Source: a virus
DNA: 64,000 nt
Direction: 5' to 3' (one strand)
Virus record (IMG/VR): IMGVR_UViG_3300021424_002547
Location: 1-64,000 of that record
Shown: positions 1-8,394 of the stretch, in pieces
Position numbering within the stretch: position 1 is the first letter of the stretch
Layout: each line of letters starts with the position of its first letter
Notes under the pieces: generated by a model
What the model was told of the DNA's origin: nothing
The model's database searches: none
The model's input: the letters and a program-made list of their open reading frames with translations, nothing else
Made by a program: the position numbers and the translations under genes

Positions 1-86
1 TTTTCTACAGGAATGTATCAACAACGGTTGGCTGAAGCCTGTGGCCTACATGACGGAACGAGAACTGCTGTTTGGAGGACTGAGCA

Positions 87-335
87 GTGAATAATTTTAA
101 TTATCAACCAAACTATCCTATTGCTAGTACCAATGTTAACATCGGTATTGATCCAGAATATGAGCAGCACCAAAATAGCCTCACTATGATCGCAGGCGGA
201 TGCGAAATGATGCGTGTGGCGCCAGATGGGTTCTATGTTCGAGGTATCAAGGTTCCTGTGGATGACAAAGAAGCAGAAACCGTGTATAATGCTTTTAAAC
301 AGTTTCTAACTTGGGCCGAGTTAAATCGGGGATAA
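87..335 (+). CDS. hypothetical phage protein
   Basis: ORF with GGAGGA upstream; tightly packed with neighbours. Confidence 0.6.
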   Translation: MNNFNYQPNYPIASTNVNIGIDPEYEQHQNSLTMIAGGCEMMRVAPDGFYVRGIKVPVDDKEAETVYNAFKQFLTWAELNRG

Positions 336-337
336 AA

Positions 338-571
338 ATGGATATTCAATCAGCAGTAAATTTTTTAGTAGGATCGGTATTATTTTCAGTATCACTGATC
401 GTCATTGGATTAGCAATTTTGGCTTTAAATAATCTATTCAGCAGATATTGGAAATCTATCAAATGGCAGATTTTTGATCCTCATGATATAACTGTCGTAG
501 ACCACAAGGTCATAGAAGAATTAAAGCACTCGTTGGAAAAACAAAAGACTGATAAGAAAGACGACAAATGA
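338..571 (+). CDS. small membrane protein
   Basis: MDIQSAVNF... with one hydrophobic helix; ATGA overlap with next ORF. Confidence 0.65.
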   Translation: MDIQSAVNFLVGSVLFSVSLIVIGLAILALNNLFSRYWKSIKWQIFDPHDITVVDHKVIEELKHSLEKQKTDKKDDK

Positions 572-783
572 AAACATATATCGATCCTCCCAGTGGTTGG
601 CGTTATGGATTCCCTAAGATCCACGATGGCAGCAAAGATGGAGACATCTTGGCGTGGTTAGTAGAGCAGGGCTATCCACAGTCGGAGATCGACAGCCTAG
701 GCGAGCAGTTCTATTGGCGTTCTTGGGAGGTCAAGGATCAGCCTCCGCAGTTTCAACATGGTATCGCAACTAAGAAAGGATGA
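568..783 (+). CDS. hypothetical phage protein
   Basis: IDPPSGWRYGFPK motif; overlapping start/stop. Confidence 0.65.
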   Translation: MKTYIDPPSGWRYGFPKIHDGSKDGDILAWLVEQGYPQSEIDSLGEQFYWRSWEVKDQPPQFQHGIATKKG

Positions 784-787
784 AGCG

Positions 788-1495
788 ATGATTACAGTTA
801 AAGAATGGATGGAGTTGGTAGAGTATCGTATCACTGAAGGTGACAGTTATCTGTGGCGGTGTTTTGGCGACAATGCATTCAGCCTCAGCGCATGGAATGG
901 AGACCAAAACGGTTGGAGCATGAACATGGTGTTTGACACCCAAACACAGACCGTCTACACCGTGGAAGTCTGCGACTATGCTCGTGACCGTGCTTACCGC
1001 ATGATTAATCCCGATTTCAAGCAGGCGCACGATGAAGAAGCACGTGATGGTGGTGTCAATGCCAAAGAAGCCTGGGACGATGTTAAATATGTAGATCTGG
1101 AAGATGACGAGGACTTCTGTGAAAAAGCAGAGGCCATACGTGACGGCATAGAATATGACACCCGTGTAAATGTTCCGTTGACCGTGCCCGACGACGTACT
1201 TTTTGAATTGATGAAACGGGCGCACGAACAGGACATCACGCTGAACCAGTTGGTAGAACAGGTCCTATGGGAAGCCATCCGTGCCGAAGAATCCAAAAGA
1301 AAATCGTTTGATAGAGAAGAAGTCTTAGACAGCCAATATCCTGACGGTGATGGCTATTGGCGAGACGAAGACGGTTGGGATGAGATCGCAGAAGATCGCT
1401 GGGATGATGACGGGGACGAAATGCCCAGTGATCTTCAAGATTTTAAACCAGCAGCCAAGATGAAAGCCAAGAAAAAGAAAAAGCAGAAAGGATAA
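788..1495 (+). CDS. hypothetical phage protein with acidic and Lys-rich tail
   Basis: Long ORF, start MITVKEW after AAGGA. Confidence 0.7.
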   Translation: MITVKEWMELVEYRITEGDSYLWRCFGDNAFSLSAWNGDQNGWSMNMVFDTQTQTVYTVEVCDYARDRAYRMINPDFKQAHDEEARDGGVNAKEAWDDVKYVDLEDDEDFCEKAEAIRDGIEYDTRVNVPLTVPDDVLFELMKRAHEQDITLNQLVEQVLWEAIRAEESKRKSFDREEVLDSQYPDGDGYWRDEDGWDEIAEDRWDDDGDEMPSDLQDFKPAAKMKAKKKKKQKG

Positions 1496-1498
1496 ATC

Positions 1499-1819
1499 GT
1501 GAATAAGGAGCGTATGTTTGAAGCCCTGAAAGGCCTGCGCCGTGTAGTCATCAACGACTGCTATGGCGGATTCGGCCTTTCAGATCGCGCTCTCACAGAA
1601 TACAAGAAACTGGCAGGCATCACTGACCCAGAATTCTATGATCGCGATATACCCAGAGACGATCCCTATCTGGTCAAAGTGATCAAAGAAATGGGCATGG
1701 CTGCCAACGGTCGACACAGCAATCTCAAGATCGTAGAGATACCCGGGGATATTGAATGGTTGATACAGGAATACGATGGTGCAGAATGGGTAGCGGAGGC
1801 ACACAGGACTTGGTCATGA
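1499..1819 (+). CDS. conserved hypothetical phage protein
   Basis: VVINDCYGGFGLS...EYDGAEWVAE pattern typical of phage proteins. Confidence 0.7.
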   Translation: MNKERMFEALKGLRRVVINDCYGGFGLSDRALTEYKKLAGITDPEFYDRDIPRDDPYLVKVIKEMGMAANGRHSNLKIVEIPGDIEWLIQEYDGAEWVAEAHRTWS

Positions 1820-2640
1820 AAATTGGGATATCTGTGATTTTATTAGCGGCGTCTATGTCTGTATGGGCCAAACCGCCCAGCACACTGATCTTCGACCAGA
1901 ACAAGGACGAGATCATAGAATGCCGAGAGTGCAACATACCTAGACCCATCGCTAGCCTCACCAAAGTGATGACCGCGATAATCGCTCTAGAGTATGACAG
2001 CAATCTCTCAAAACCAGTGCGGATAGGAACAGGTTCCAAGATCCCGCCTGGCATCACTACTCGCGGAGATCTTTTCGCGGCCCTGCTGGTGCGCAGCGAT
2101 AATCAGGCTGCGGAGATACTGGCCCAGGATTATCCCGGAGGGAGAAAAGCATTCATCGCTGCCATGAATCGCAAGGCTAGATCTCTAGGCATGGATTTCA
2201 CCAAGTTCGTAGATCCTTCGGGACTGGGTGCGAATAACATGGCCAAGATCGGAGAGATGGCTACCTTAGTCAAGTTTGCCGCACTACAGCCCATCATCGC
2301 AGATACTTCAGTGTTGCCTCAGGTGGAGGTCAAGAACAAGAAGTACAAAGTCCTGCTGGATAACACCAACAAGATGCTGATCGCGGACTTCAACGAGATC
2401 AAGTTTTCAAAGACTGGATTCACTGGAGCCGCAGGTTGGAACGTGGCCATGATCTTAGAACGTAATGGACAGAGATTCGTGGTCATTGTCCTAGGTGCCC
2501 GCGACAAGGTAGAAAGATACAACCTAGCTAGATCTATGATAATCCGGCATTTCGCAGACATAGAATACACCAAGGTCTTAGAGCAGAAAGAAATATCTAT
2601 GTGGCAGAAAATCATAGAAAGAATGTTTGGCACACAATGA
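1816..2640 (+). CDS. D-alanyl-D-alanine carboxypeptidase/endopeptidase (peptidase S11, PBP5/PBP7-like)
   Basis: Signal peptide; SxxK (ASLTK), SxN (SDN) and KTG (KTGFT) motifs; MN..A..LGM..T.F.DPSGL. Confidence 0.9.
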   Translation: MKIGISVILLAASMSVWAKPPSTLIFDQNKDEIIECRECNIPRPIASLTKVMTAIIALEYDSNLSKPVRIGTGSKIPPGITTRGDLFAALLVRSDNQAAEILAQDYPGGRKAFIAAMNRKARSLGMDFTKFVDPSGLGANNMAKIGEMATLVKFAALQPIIADTSVLPQVEVKNKKYKVLLDNTNKMLIADFNEIKFSKTGFTGAAGWNVAMILERNGQRFVVIVLGARDKVERYNLARSMIIRHFADIEYTKVLEQKEISMWQKIIERMFGTQ

Positions 2641-2852
2641 CTGAAATAAAACTGGGCCGCGAATACTATCACCATATCCGAGATATTGAACGGTGGTGCC
2701 GAGATAATGTCGGTGCGGGTGATTGGGCCACTAGGTCAGAGTTTCGCGAGGATCGAGACATCCAGTGGAGCATCAATCAGATCTTTGGTAACACATTTCT
2801 ACGATTCCGCAGAGATTCGGATGCTACCTTGTTCACACTACGATGGCGGTGA
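2637..2852 (+). CDS. short 'FxLRW' family paralogue
   Basis: WC..N.G ... DATLFTLRWR. Confidence 0.7.
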   Translation: MTEIKLGREYYHHIRDIERWCRDNVGAGDWATRSEFREDRDIQWSINQIFGNTFLRFRRDSDATLFTLRWR

Positions 2853-2896
2853 AGACTGCTGACATCCATGAGATCTTGGCCACCAGACTGGTAAAT

Positions 2897-2944
2897 TTTC
2901 CTGATGAAAAAGCATATATCATGTTTCTGTTGAGGTGGTCATGA
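2897..2944 (+). pseudogene. C-terminal remnant of an 'FxLRW' paralogue
   Basis: Reads FPDEKAYIMFLLRWS* with no intact upstream frame. Confidence 0.45.
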
Positions 2945-3165
2945 ACACTGATCGGTTCCCCTATGAAGTGATCATACATAAGTCACGTCATTATGAAGCA
3001 GAAGCGTGGTGCCGTAAGCATTTTGGACCGAGGTGGGCGGCCATAGGCAATCTGGATGGCAGGTGGTGTTGTTTCTGGACAGGCCGTGAACGATTTGGTG
3101 GCTACAGATATCATTTCGCTGACGAACGAGATATGCTGTTGTTTAGTTTGAAGTGGACATCATGA
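2941..3165 (+). CDS. short 'FxLRW' family paralogue
   Basis: WCRKHFG ... DMLLFSLKWTS. Confidence 0.7.
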   Translation: MNTDRFPYEVIIHKSRHYEAEAWCRKHFGPRWAAIGNLDGRWCCFWTGRERFGGYRYHFADERDMLLFSLKWTS

Positions 3166-3557
3166 CGAGAACATTGAAACGAAAAGTCATCATCCGCGAA
3201 ACGGATTTCGCTAAAGTCAAGCATCGGGCTTTCATGCCTATAGGAGTCGATGTACTCTACGATCGTGCGGAATGGCGGCCCCTGACCCGAGAAGACATTG
3301 AACGAGATATGATCATGCGAGGTCTCAAGGGTGAACAGATGCCTCGTGGCGGATCGTGGTTGATTCCCGAGGACTATCTCCTGTATAATCAAGACAGCCT
3401 ATACAATACCAGATACTCGCGGTGGAATCCCGGCTACGATGAAGATGGATATATGACCGTACAGCCAAGGAAGAATCTACCTAGAGTGAGATTGGGTTGG
3501 GCCGTGTTTGAAAAAGATCTGGAGCAGATCATGCTGGAGTTATATGACCGGGATTGA
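3162..3557 (+). CDS. hypothetical phage protein
   Basis: ORF coupled by ATGA overlap. Confidence 0.6.
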   Translation: MTRTLKRKVIIRETDFAKVKHRAFMPIGVDVLYDRAEWRPLTREDIERDMIMRGLKGEQMPRGGSWLIPEDYLLYNQDSLYNTRYSRWNPGYDEDGYMTVQPRKNLPRVRLGWAVFEKDLEQIMLELYDRD

Positions 3558-3900
3558 TTCGGGCTCCGCTTATCGCCACGGTTATATAGGTCCCGCTCCC
3601 ACCAAGCATACATACAAGTATATGCGAGTAGGAGATAGGGTGGAAGAAGTTAGAAATATCGTCGTGCATGAGTTCTCTATGGGCGATGTAGAAGATCCAG
3701 ATCTCTACGCTGCCGACCCTTTGATCACGTGGGAGAAAAGCGAACAGGGGCAGTGGGTGATGAACAATGCCGTAGAGACTCCCTCGTGGCACAGGATGGC
3801 GGATGTGGCCATGATGGGCTACAAATATCAGATCCGCGCCAAACTCACGGGACCTGCACTGACAGAATGGTTGCTGAGATATGGCCACACTAGAAGATAA
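3544..3900 (+). CDS. hypothetical phage protein (divergent FxLRW-like end)
   Basis: VHEFSMGDVEDPDLYAA...TEWLLRYG. Confidence 0.65.
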   Translation: MTGIDSGSAYRHGYIGPAPTKHTYKYMRVGDRVEEVRNIVVHEFSMGDVEDPDLYAADPLITWEKSEQGQWVMNNAVETPSWHRMADVAMMGYKYQIRAKLTGPALTEWLLRYGHTRR

Positions 3901-4144
3901 TCCCACCCTGAGCATAATGCGGGCACAGAGGGCAGAAGAGCATGTCAAAGTTGACGAGAAGTTGATGGATCTGCTCGCATCGTATCACATGATAAGATTG
4001 CCCGATGAAGACTTTTCTGAAAAACTGACCTGGTGCTTGCAGCATTGCCAGTGTAAATTCCGAGATTTGAGCGACACGAGAGGAAGGGCATGGTATTTCC
4101 AAAATGAACAAGATGCAGCACTGTTCGCTCTACGGTGGACGTAA
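3881..4144 (+). CDS. short 'FxLRW' family paralogue
   Basis: WCLQHC ... WYFQNEQDAALFALRWT. Confidence 0.7.
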   Translation: MATLEDNPTLSIMRAQRAEEHVKVDEKLMDLLASYHMIRLPDEDFSEKLTWCLQHCQCKFRDLSDTRGRAWYFQNEQDAALFALRWT

Positions 4145-4169
4145 GTTCCATAGCGTATGGATAGATGAG

Positions 4170-4400
4170 ATGGCTGCCATAGATAAAAAGATCAAATGGA
4201 TACAGAGTGAAGGTAAACTACGTTTGGCTGCTCGTGCAGAAATACAGCCTCTCGGATGGGAGGTAGGTTTAACACAGGCAGAAATGGATGCTGTCCACGA
4301 ATGGTGCGAACAGCACCATTGCGGACGAAGGACCAGTTTCGACACATTCCAGTTTAAAAGCAAGAAAGAAATGACTGTATTTTTATTACGATGGGGGTGA
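4170..4400 (+). CDS. short 'FxLRW' family paralogue
   Basis: WCEQHHCG ... EMTVFLLRWG; start uncertain. Confidence 0.65.
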   Translation: MAAIDKKIKWIQSEGKLRLAARAEIQPLGWEVGLTQAEMDAVHEWCEQHHCGRRTSFDTFQFKSKKEMTVFLLRWG

Positions 4401-4642
4401 TGATGGATTTTATGAATGAAGAATCTAAGAGATTGATCATAGCGGTAGTGGCAGGATTCCTCGTGGGATTCCTACCAATGATGGCGCAATATTGGGATCG
4501 TGGATACTCTAGAGCAGATATGGCCAAGGCCTACCAAACGGGCCACGACGAAGCACTAAAGGTCAATCCCGCCAGCGATCGTTTAGAGATAGTCTGCGCG
4601 GCACTTTGGTTTGATGATCTAGCACAGAAAGGGAAAAAATGA
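4400..4642 (+). CDS. small membrane protein
   Basis: N-terminal hydrophobic helix. Confidence 0.6.
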   Translation: MMDFMNEESKRLIIAVVAGFLVGFLPMMAQYWDRGYSRADMAKAYQTGHDEALKVNPASDRLEIVCAALWFDDLAQKGKK

Positions 4643-4905
4643 TACGCGATCATCTCTGGCAGGTGGTACAGATCCTGCCCACCGACTACACGGACTATGG
4701 TGGGGGCGTGGAACGCTGGGCAGATCCCACAGAAAACTATCCCGACTGCTCATCAGGATGCAGGCACTTCCGCAGATTGTCCAGCGATTTGGAACCAGGC
4801 CTAGAAGATGCAGATTGGGGAGTCTGTGCCAACGTCCACAGCCAGCGTGTGGGACTTCTAACATTCGAGCATCAGGCTGGCCATCAATGTTGGGAGGGAG
4901 CATAG
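4639..4905 (+). CDS. hypothetical Cys-rich protein
   Basis: DCSSGCRHF...WGVCAN...HQC. Confidence 0.6.
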   Translation: MIRDHLWQVVQILPTDYTDYGGGVERWADPTENYPDCSSGCRHFRRLSSDLEPGLEDADWGVCANVHSQRVGLLTFEHQAGHQCWEGA

Positions 4906-4909
4906 ACAG

Positions 4910-5125
4910 ATGTTCGAAGTATATCTCAATGATGCTCGTATGGACTACGATGAATCGGAACGGCATTTCCATAATGCCGATCATTGGGCACGAGAACATT
5001 GTGAGAGTTATGTCAGCCACGACGTCCAAGATGTTTCGGATGTCAGTTATTACTATGACAACATCGCCCTTTACCTATTCCGTGAAGAACGAGATGCATT
5101 GATGTTTCGGTTAAAATGGGCTTGA
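4910..5125 (+). CDS. short 'FxLRW' family paralogue
   Basis: WAREHC ... FREERDALMFRLKWA. Confidence 0.7.
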   Translation: MFEVYLNDARMDYDESERHFHNADHWAREHCESYVSHDVQDVSDVSYYYDNIALYLFREERDALMFRLKWA

Positions 5126-5144
5126 AGTCTACATTGGAGGATAG

Positions 5145-5333
5145 GTGACTGATCGTCGATACGTAGCCATTCTCGAAACCAAAACATTCTTCCTCGCCGA
5201 TTTTCAATTTTGGGCAGAGCATGAGCAGGAATTGGATGCGTGGTGTGCGAAAAATTTCTGTCAGCGTAAGGGCATGGTTGTCACTGCATTGAACGACTAT
5301 GGTTATATGCTTTTTGGACTACGGTGGAGTTGA
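5145..5333 (+). CDS. short 'FxLRW' family paralogue
   Basis: WCAKN ... MLFGLRWS; GGAGG RBS. Confidence 0.65.
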   Translation: MTDRRYVAILETKTFFLADFQFWAEHEQELDAWCAKNFCQRKGMVVTALNDYGYMLFGLRWS

Positions 5334-5358
5334 CTGGATATCGTTTTGATAGTATAAT
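5330..5358 (+). promoter_or_regulatory. sigma70-type promoter
   Basis: TTGACT-N17-TATAAT. Confidence 0.75.
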
Positions 5359-5389
5359 ATATCATCAAAGAACATTTCGGAGTTGAAGA

Positions 5390-5809
5390 ATGAACGAACG
5401 ATTAGATCAAAGATTGGTAGAAAAATATCCTAAGATATTTGCCAACCGGTACGCTGACATGAAGACCACGGCCATGTGCTGGGGATTCGAACACGGTGAT
5501 GGATGGTACGATATCATCGACAGCCTCTGTGCCAACATACAGAATCACATCGATTGGCAAGAAAAGATGGGCAATGAGATTGCTCAGGTAGTGGCCACTC
5601 AGGTCAAAGAAAAGTTTGGAACGCTGAGATTCTACTATGACGGCGGGGATGACTACATCTCTGGACTGGTCAGTATGGCAGAATCCTGGTCTGCGGTGGC
5701 CTGCGAAGAATGTGGAGCACCGGGCACACAGAACGACGGGGGCTGGATCAAAACGCTCTGTGAAACCCATAGACGAGAAAGAGACGAACGATATGAAAAT
5801 AGGATTTAG
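5390..5809 (+). CDS. conserved hypothetical phage protein
   Basis: GDGW...QVKEKFGTLRFY...CEECG motif. Confidence 0.75.
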   Translation: MNERLDQRLVEKYPKIFANRYADMKTTAMCWGFEHGDGWYDIIDSLCANIQNHIDWQEKMGNEIAQVVATQVKEKFGTLRFYYDGGDDYISGLVSMAESWSAVACEECGAPGTQNDGGWIKTLCETHRRERDERYENRI

Positions 5810-6197
5810 CCTAGGTCGCTGTGTTAGAGACATAGTAAACGGAGAAGTCAGCATCGACGATGTGGCCTTCATCATCACCGCTACCAGTATCTCGGAGAGA
5901 GAACAACTGGGCAACGTGATCCTGATGTACAGATCAGAACCCAGGTATCTCCAAGGACTAGACCATCAACAATGCCTGGCTGTGGCGGAGCAGCTCTGGG
6001 ATTCGAATCGAATCCTACAGCCCAGAAAACAGGGTCTACATCGCCACGCACAGCCAGAAAATAGCATTTGGGTGGACATGTTCCCCACGGAACTCAGCGA
6101 AAACGAAGCGGTCAAGAACGCTTGGTCCGCCTACAGATTTATGCTACATATGGTAGAAAACGTGGACACAGAGGCCACGGAGGTTTTCAGGACATAA
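5793..6197 (+). CDS. hypothetical phage protein
   Basis: MKIGFSLGRCVRDIV start. Confidence 0.65.
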   Translation: MKIGFSLGRCVRDIVNGEVSIDDVAFIITATSISEREQLGNVILMYRSEPRYLQGLDHQQCLAVAEQLWDSNRILQPRKQGLHRHAQPENSIWVDMFPTELSENEAVKNAWSAYRFMLHMVENVDTEATEVFRT

Positions 6198-6207
6198 GGA
6201 GTGGACT

Positions 6208-6393
6208 ATGATCAAAATGGGCAGCAAATGGACCAGCAGCGATGGAAAGATTTTTATAGTTTTGGGCACCGTGGATCTAGAGGGTAAACGATGGGTCTAC
6301 TACAGATCGGAAACTTCGGAAGCGCATTTGCCCAACGAATTCAGCTGTTTTGAAGAGAGTTTTTTGGCTAGATTTCGCCCGGTAGTTGAATAA
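6208..6393 (+). CDS. hypothetical protein
   Basis: AAGGAG RBS; short ORF. Confidence 0.6.
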   Translation: MIKMGSKWTSSDGKIFIVLGTVDLEGKRWVYYRSETSEAHLPNEFSCFEESFLARFRPVVE

Positions 6394-6447
6394 TACTATG
6401 CTATAATTATCACAGTGATAAGTAGTAGTGAACGTTAAGGAGATATC

Positions 6448-7023
6448 GTGTCAAAAAGATTGGACGATTTCAACGCCCAAGACCGCCAGAATGTTAAATT
6501 CCAAGATGCAGGAGTACATTTCCTCGTCGGGGAGATAGATGAGGAAAGCGTAAACGAAACTGTTAAATGGCTGGCCTACGAGAACATAGATCCTAGACCA
6601 GATCGAGTGCTGACTCTTTATGTCAATAGCCAAGGAGGAGATCTCTACGAAGCACTTGGACTCATAGACATGATGAGGAACAGCCGGATTCCCATACGGA
6701 CTATCGGATATGGATCTGTGATGAGTGCCGCTTTCCTCATCGTGGCTTCCGGTTCAAAGAGTGAACGTTATGTTACCAAAAACTGCGGTATCATGTGCCA
6801 TCAGATGTCATCCACAGAAGAGATGGGCAAGTATCATGATATCAAAGCACAGAGAAAAGAAACAGATCGACTTAATCAAGCCATGTACAATGTCCTGAAA
6901 GAAACCACAGGACTAGATGGTCGCATCATCAAGACCCGACTTCTGCCTGCACACGATGTCTACATGACCTCAGAAGAGATGATCGAGTTCGGCGCTGCCG
7001 ATCAGATATTAGAAAGGGGATGA
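6448..7023 (+). CDS. clpP: ClpP-like serine protease
   Basis: LYVNSQGG, nucleophile region GSVMSAA, IMCHQ, D.YMTSEE..EFG.AD. Confidence 0.85.
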   Translation: MSKRLDDFNAQDRQNVKFQDAGVHFLVGEIDEESVNETVKWLAYENIDPRPDRVLTLYVNSQGGDLYEALGLIDMMRNSRIPIRTIGYGSVMSAAFLIVASGSKSERYVTKNCGIMCHQMSSTEEMGKYHDIKAQRKETDRLNQAMYNVLKETTGLDGRIIKTRLLPAHDVYMTSEEMIEFGAADQILERG

Positions 7024-7024
7024 C

Positions 7025-7261
7025 ATGAAAGTGGTATCTATCGATCCTAAGATCAAAATCGACGAAAAGAGAAAGACCGAGATGCTAGAAGTCCTAGACG
7101 AAATGAAACGCATGGTAGAAACAGGGGAGATCGAAGAATTCGTGGCCTGTTCCACAGGCAATGGGGAATGTAAGATACATGCCAGCTGCCTAGACCATGT
7201 GGGTGGTGTGGGTCTGTTCGAAGTTGGTAAGCACTTACTGATCCAGCGTGAGATCGACTAA
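7025..7261 (+). CDS. hypothetical protein
   Basis: ORF directly after clpP. Confidence 0.6.
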   Translation: MKVVSIDPKIKIDEKRKTEMLEVLDEMKRMVETGEIEEFVACSTGNGECKIHASCLDHVGGVGLFEVGKHLLIQREID

Positions 7262-7298
7262 ACGGACAAAAAAGCCACATTTCACTACGAAAAAATCG

Positions 7299-7327
7299 TT
7301 GACAACTAAATAAAGTGTCTATATAAT
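7299..7327 (+). promoter_or_regulatory. sigma70 consensus promoter of leader/tRNA operon
   Basis: TTGACA(7299-7304)-N17-TATAAT(7322-7327), A-tract upstream. Confidence 0.9.
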
Positions 7328-7334
7328 AGGGACT

Positions 7335-7445
7335 ATGATGAAACAACTTCATTCGATTAGAACCAGTGCAAAACAGATGGCCATAACATATTGGTCAGAG
7401 CCCTGTTTTGGCCTAGGAAATGATCGTACAAGGGGTTCCGCATAG
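7335..7445 (+). CDS. putative attenuator leader peptide, 36 aa (MMKQLHSIRTSAKQMAITYWSEPCFGLGNDRTRGSA)
   Basis: ATG lies at the expected +1 (leaderless); 19/20 amino acids and 31 distinct codons; 3' end overlaps antiterminator strand. Confidence 0.75.
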   Translation: MMKQLHSIRTSAKQMAITYWSEPCFGLGNDRTRGSA

Positions 7446-7476
7446 TCTAGGACGATACAAGATTACACGGAACCCC
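7432..7476 (+). promoter_or_regulatory. antiterminator helix
   Basis: GGGGTTCCG(7432-7440) is the exact reverse complement of CGGAACCCC(7468-7476), which overlaps the 5' arm of the terminator. Confidence 0.75.
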
Positions 7477-7502
7477 AGGATCGAAAGACCTGGGGTTTTT
7501 TT
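7471..7502 (+). terminator. intrinsic terminator (attenuator)
   Basis: AACCCCAGG-a-TC-GAAA-GA-CCTGGGGTT followed by T7 tract (7496-7502). Confidence 0.9.
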
Positions 7503-7601
7503 ATCACAGTGCATGTGGAAACGAGGTCCTTTCAGCACTCTAAAAAATAAACGGGCGGCCTACCGGATGGCTTATCCTTGTGTGGATAAAAAAATGGTAG
7601 A

Positions 7602-7672
7602 GTAGTAAAATGTTTTCCTACTCCCGTTGACAAGGAGGACACCCGACATAGTCGCGGAGAGCATTTTACTAC
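7602..7672 (+). ncRNA. unidentified structured RNA
   Basis: 17-bp closing stem 7602-7618/7656-7672 with G-U pairs, two internal hairpins. Confidence 0.55.
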
Positions 7673-7700
7673 ACACTCTCCACCTCCGCCTGCACAGCGG

Positions 7701-7729
7701 TTGACAGCATAGCGGGAGAGTGTTATAAT
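7701..7729 (+). promoter_or_regulatory. second sigma70 consensus promoter, immediately before tRNA-Tyr
   Basis: TTGACA-N17-TATAAT, lying inside inverted repeat 7673-7681/7715-7723. Confidence 0.7.
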
Positions 7730-7737
7730 TTTTCACT

Positions 7738-7823
7738 GGATGCGTGTGCCGAGCAGCGAAGGCAGCGGTCTGTAAAACCGTGACAGGGAAACATCGTAGG
7801 TGCGAGTCCTACCGCATCCACCA
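7738..7823 (+). tRNA. tRNA-Tyr(GTA)
   Basis: Cloverleaf, GCGGT-CTGTAAA-ACCGT, long variable arm, CCA. Confidence 0.9.
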
Positions 7824-7960
7824 TTAAGTGATAGCATGGCTCGTAGGGATCGATCAATCCCAACCTTGTCCGAAGCGGGAAGCCTGTGATACCGGTAAAC
7901 GGCAGATATAATCTGCCAACATCAGGTAGCAAGAGGATAGTAAACCGTGCTATCACTTAA
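7824..7960 (+). ncRNA. unidentified structured RNA between tRNAs
   Basis: 16-bp closing stem TTAAGTGATAGCATGG/CCGTGCTATCACTTAA and internal hairpins (GGCAGAT/ATCTGCC, GGGAT/ATCCC). Confidence 0.6.
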
Positions 7961-7961
7961 T

Positions 7962-8036
7962 GGTTCCATAGTATATCGGTTAGTATAGCGCCCTGTCACG
8001 GCGCAGGGACGGGTTCGACTCCCGTTGGGACCGCCA
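7962..8036 (+). tRNA. tRNA-Asp(GTC)
   Basis: Cloverleaf, GCGCC-CTGTCAC-GGCGC, CCA. Confidence 0.92.
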
Positions 8037-8059
8037 AGGATTGTGATAAGTAGATTTAC

Positions 8060-8134
<75 letters not shown>

Positions 8135-8144
8135 AGTTTTAGAT

Positions 8145-8218
8145 GCGGCGGTAGTTCAATGGTAGAATGAGAGACTTCCAATCTCACGACAAGGGTTCGA
8201 TTCCCTTTCGCCGCTCCA
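8145..8218 (+). tRNA. tRNA-Gly(TCC)
   Basis: GAGA-CTTCCAA-TCTC, U73, CCA. Confidence 0.88.
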
Positions 8219-8228
8219 AGTTTTCCGT

Positions 8229-8304
8229 TCCGGAGTAGCTCAGTTGGTAGAGCGTTGGTCTGTTAAACCAAATGTCGCTGGATCGTGCCCAGCCTCCGGA
8301 GCCA
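8229..8304 (+). tRNA. tRNA-Asn(GTT)
   Basis: TTGGT-CTGTTAA-ACCAA; atypical T-loop (ATCGTGC). Confidence 0.85.
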
Positions 8305-8311
8305 ATATAAT

Positions 8312-8386
8312 GGGGATGTAGTGCTAATGGGAACACACCTGTTTTGCAAGCAGGAATTGAGAGTTCGATTCTCTCCATCTCCACCA
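8312..8386 (+). tRNA. tRNA-Ala(TGC)
   Basis: Anticodon TGC, G3:U70 pair, CCA. Confidence 0.92.
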
Positions 8387-8394
8387 TAGTTTTT

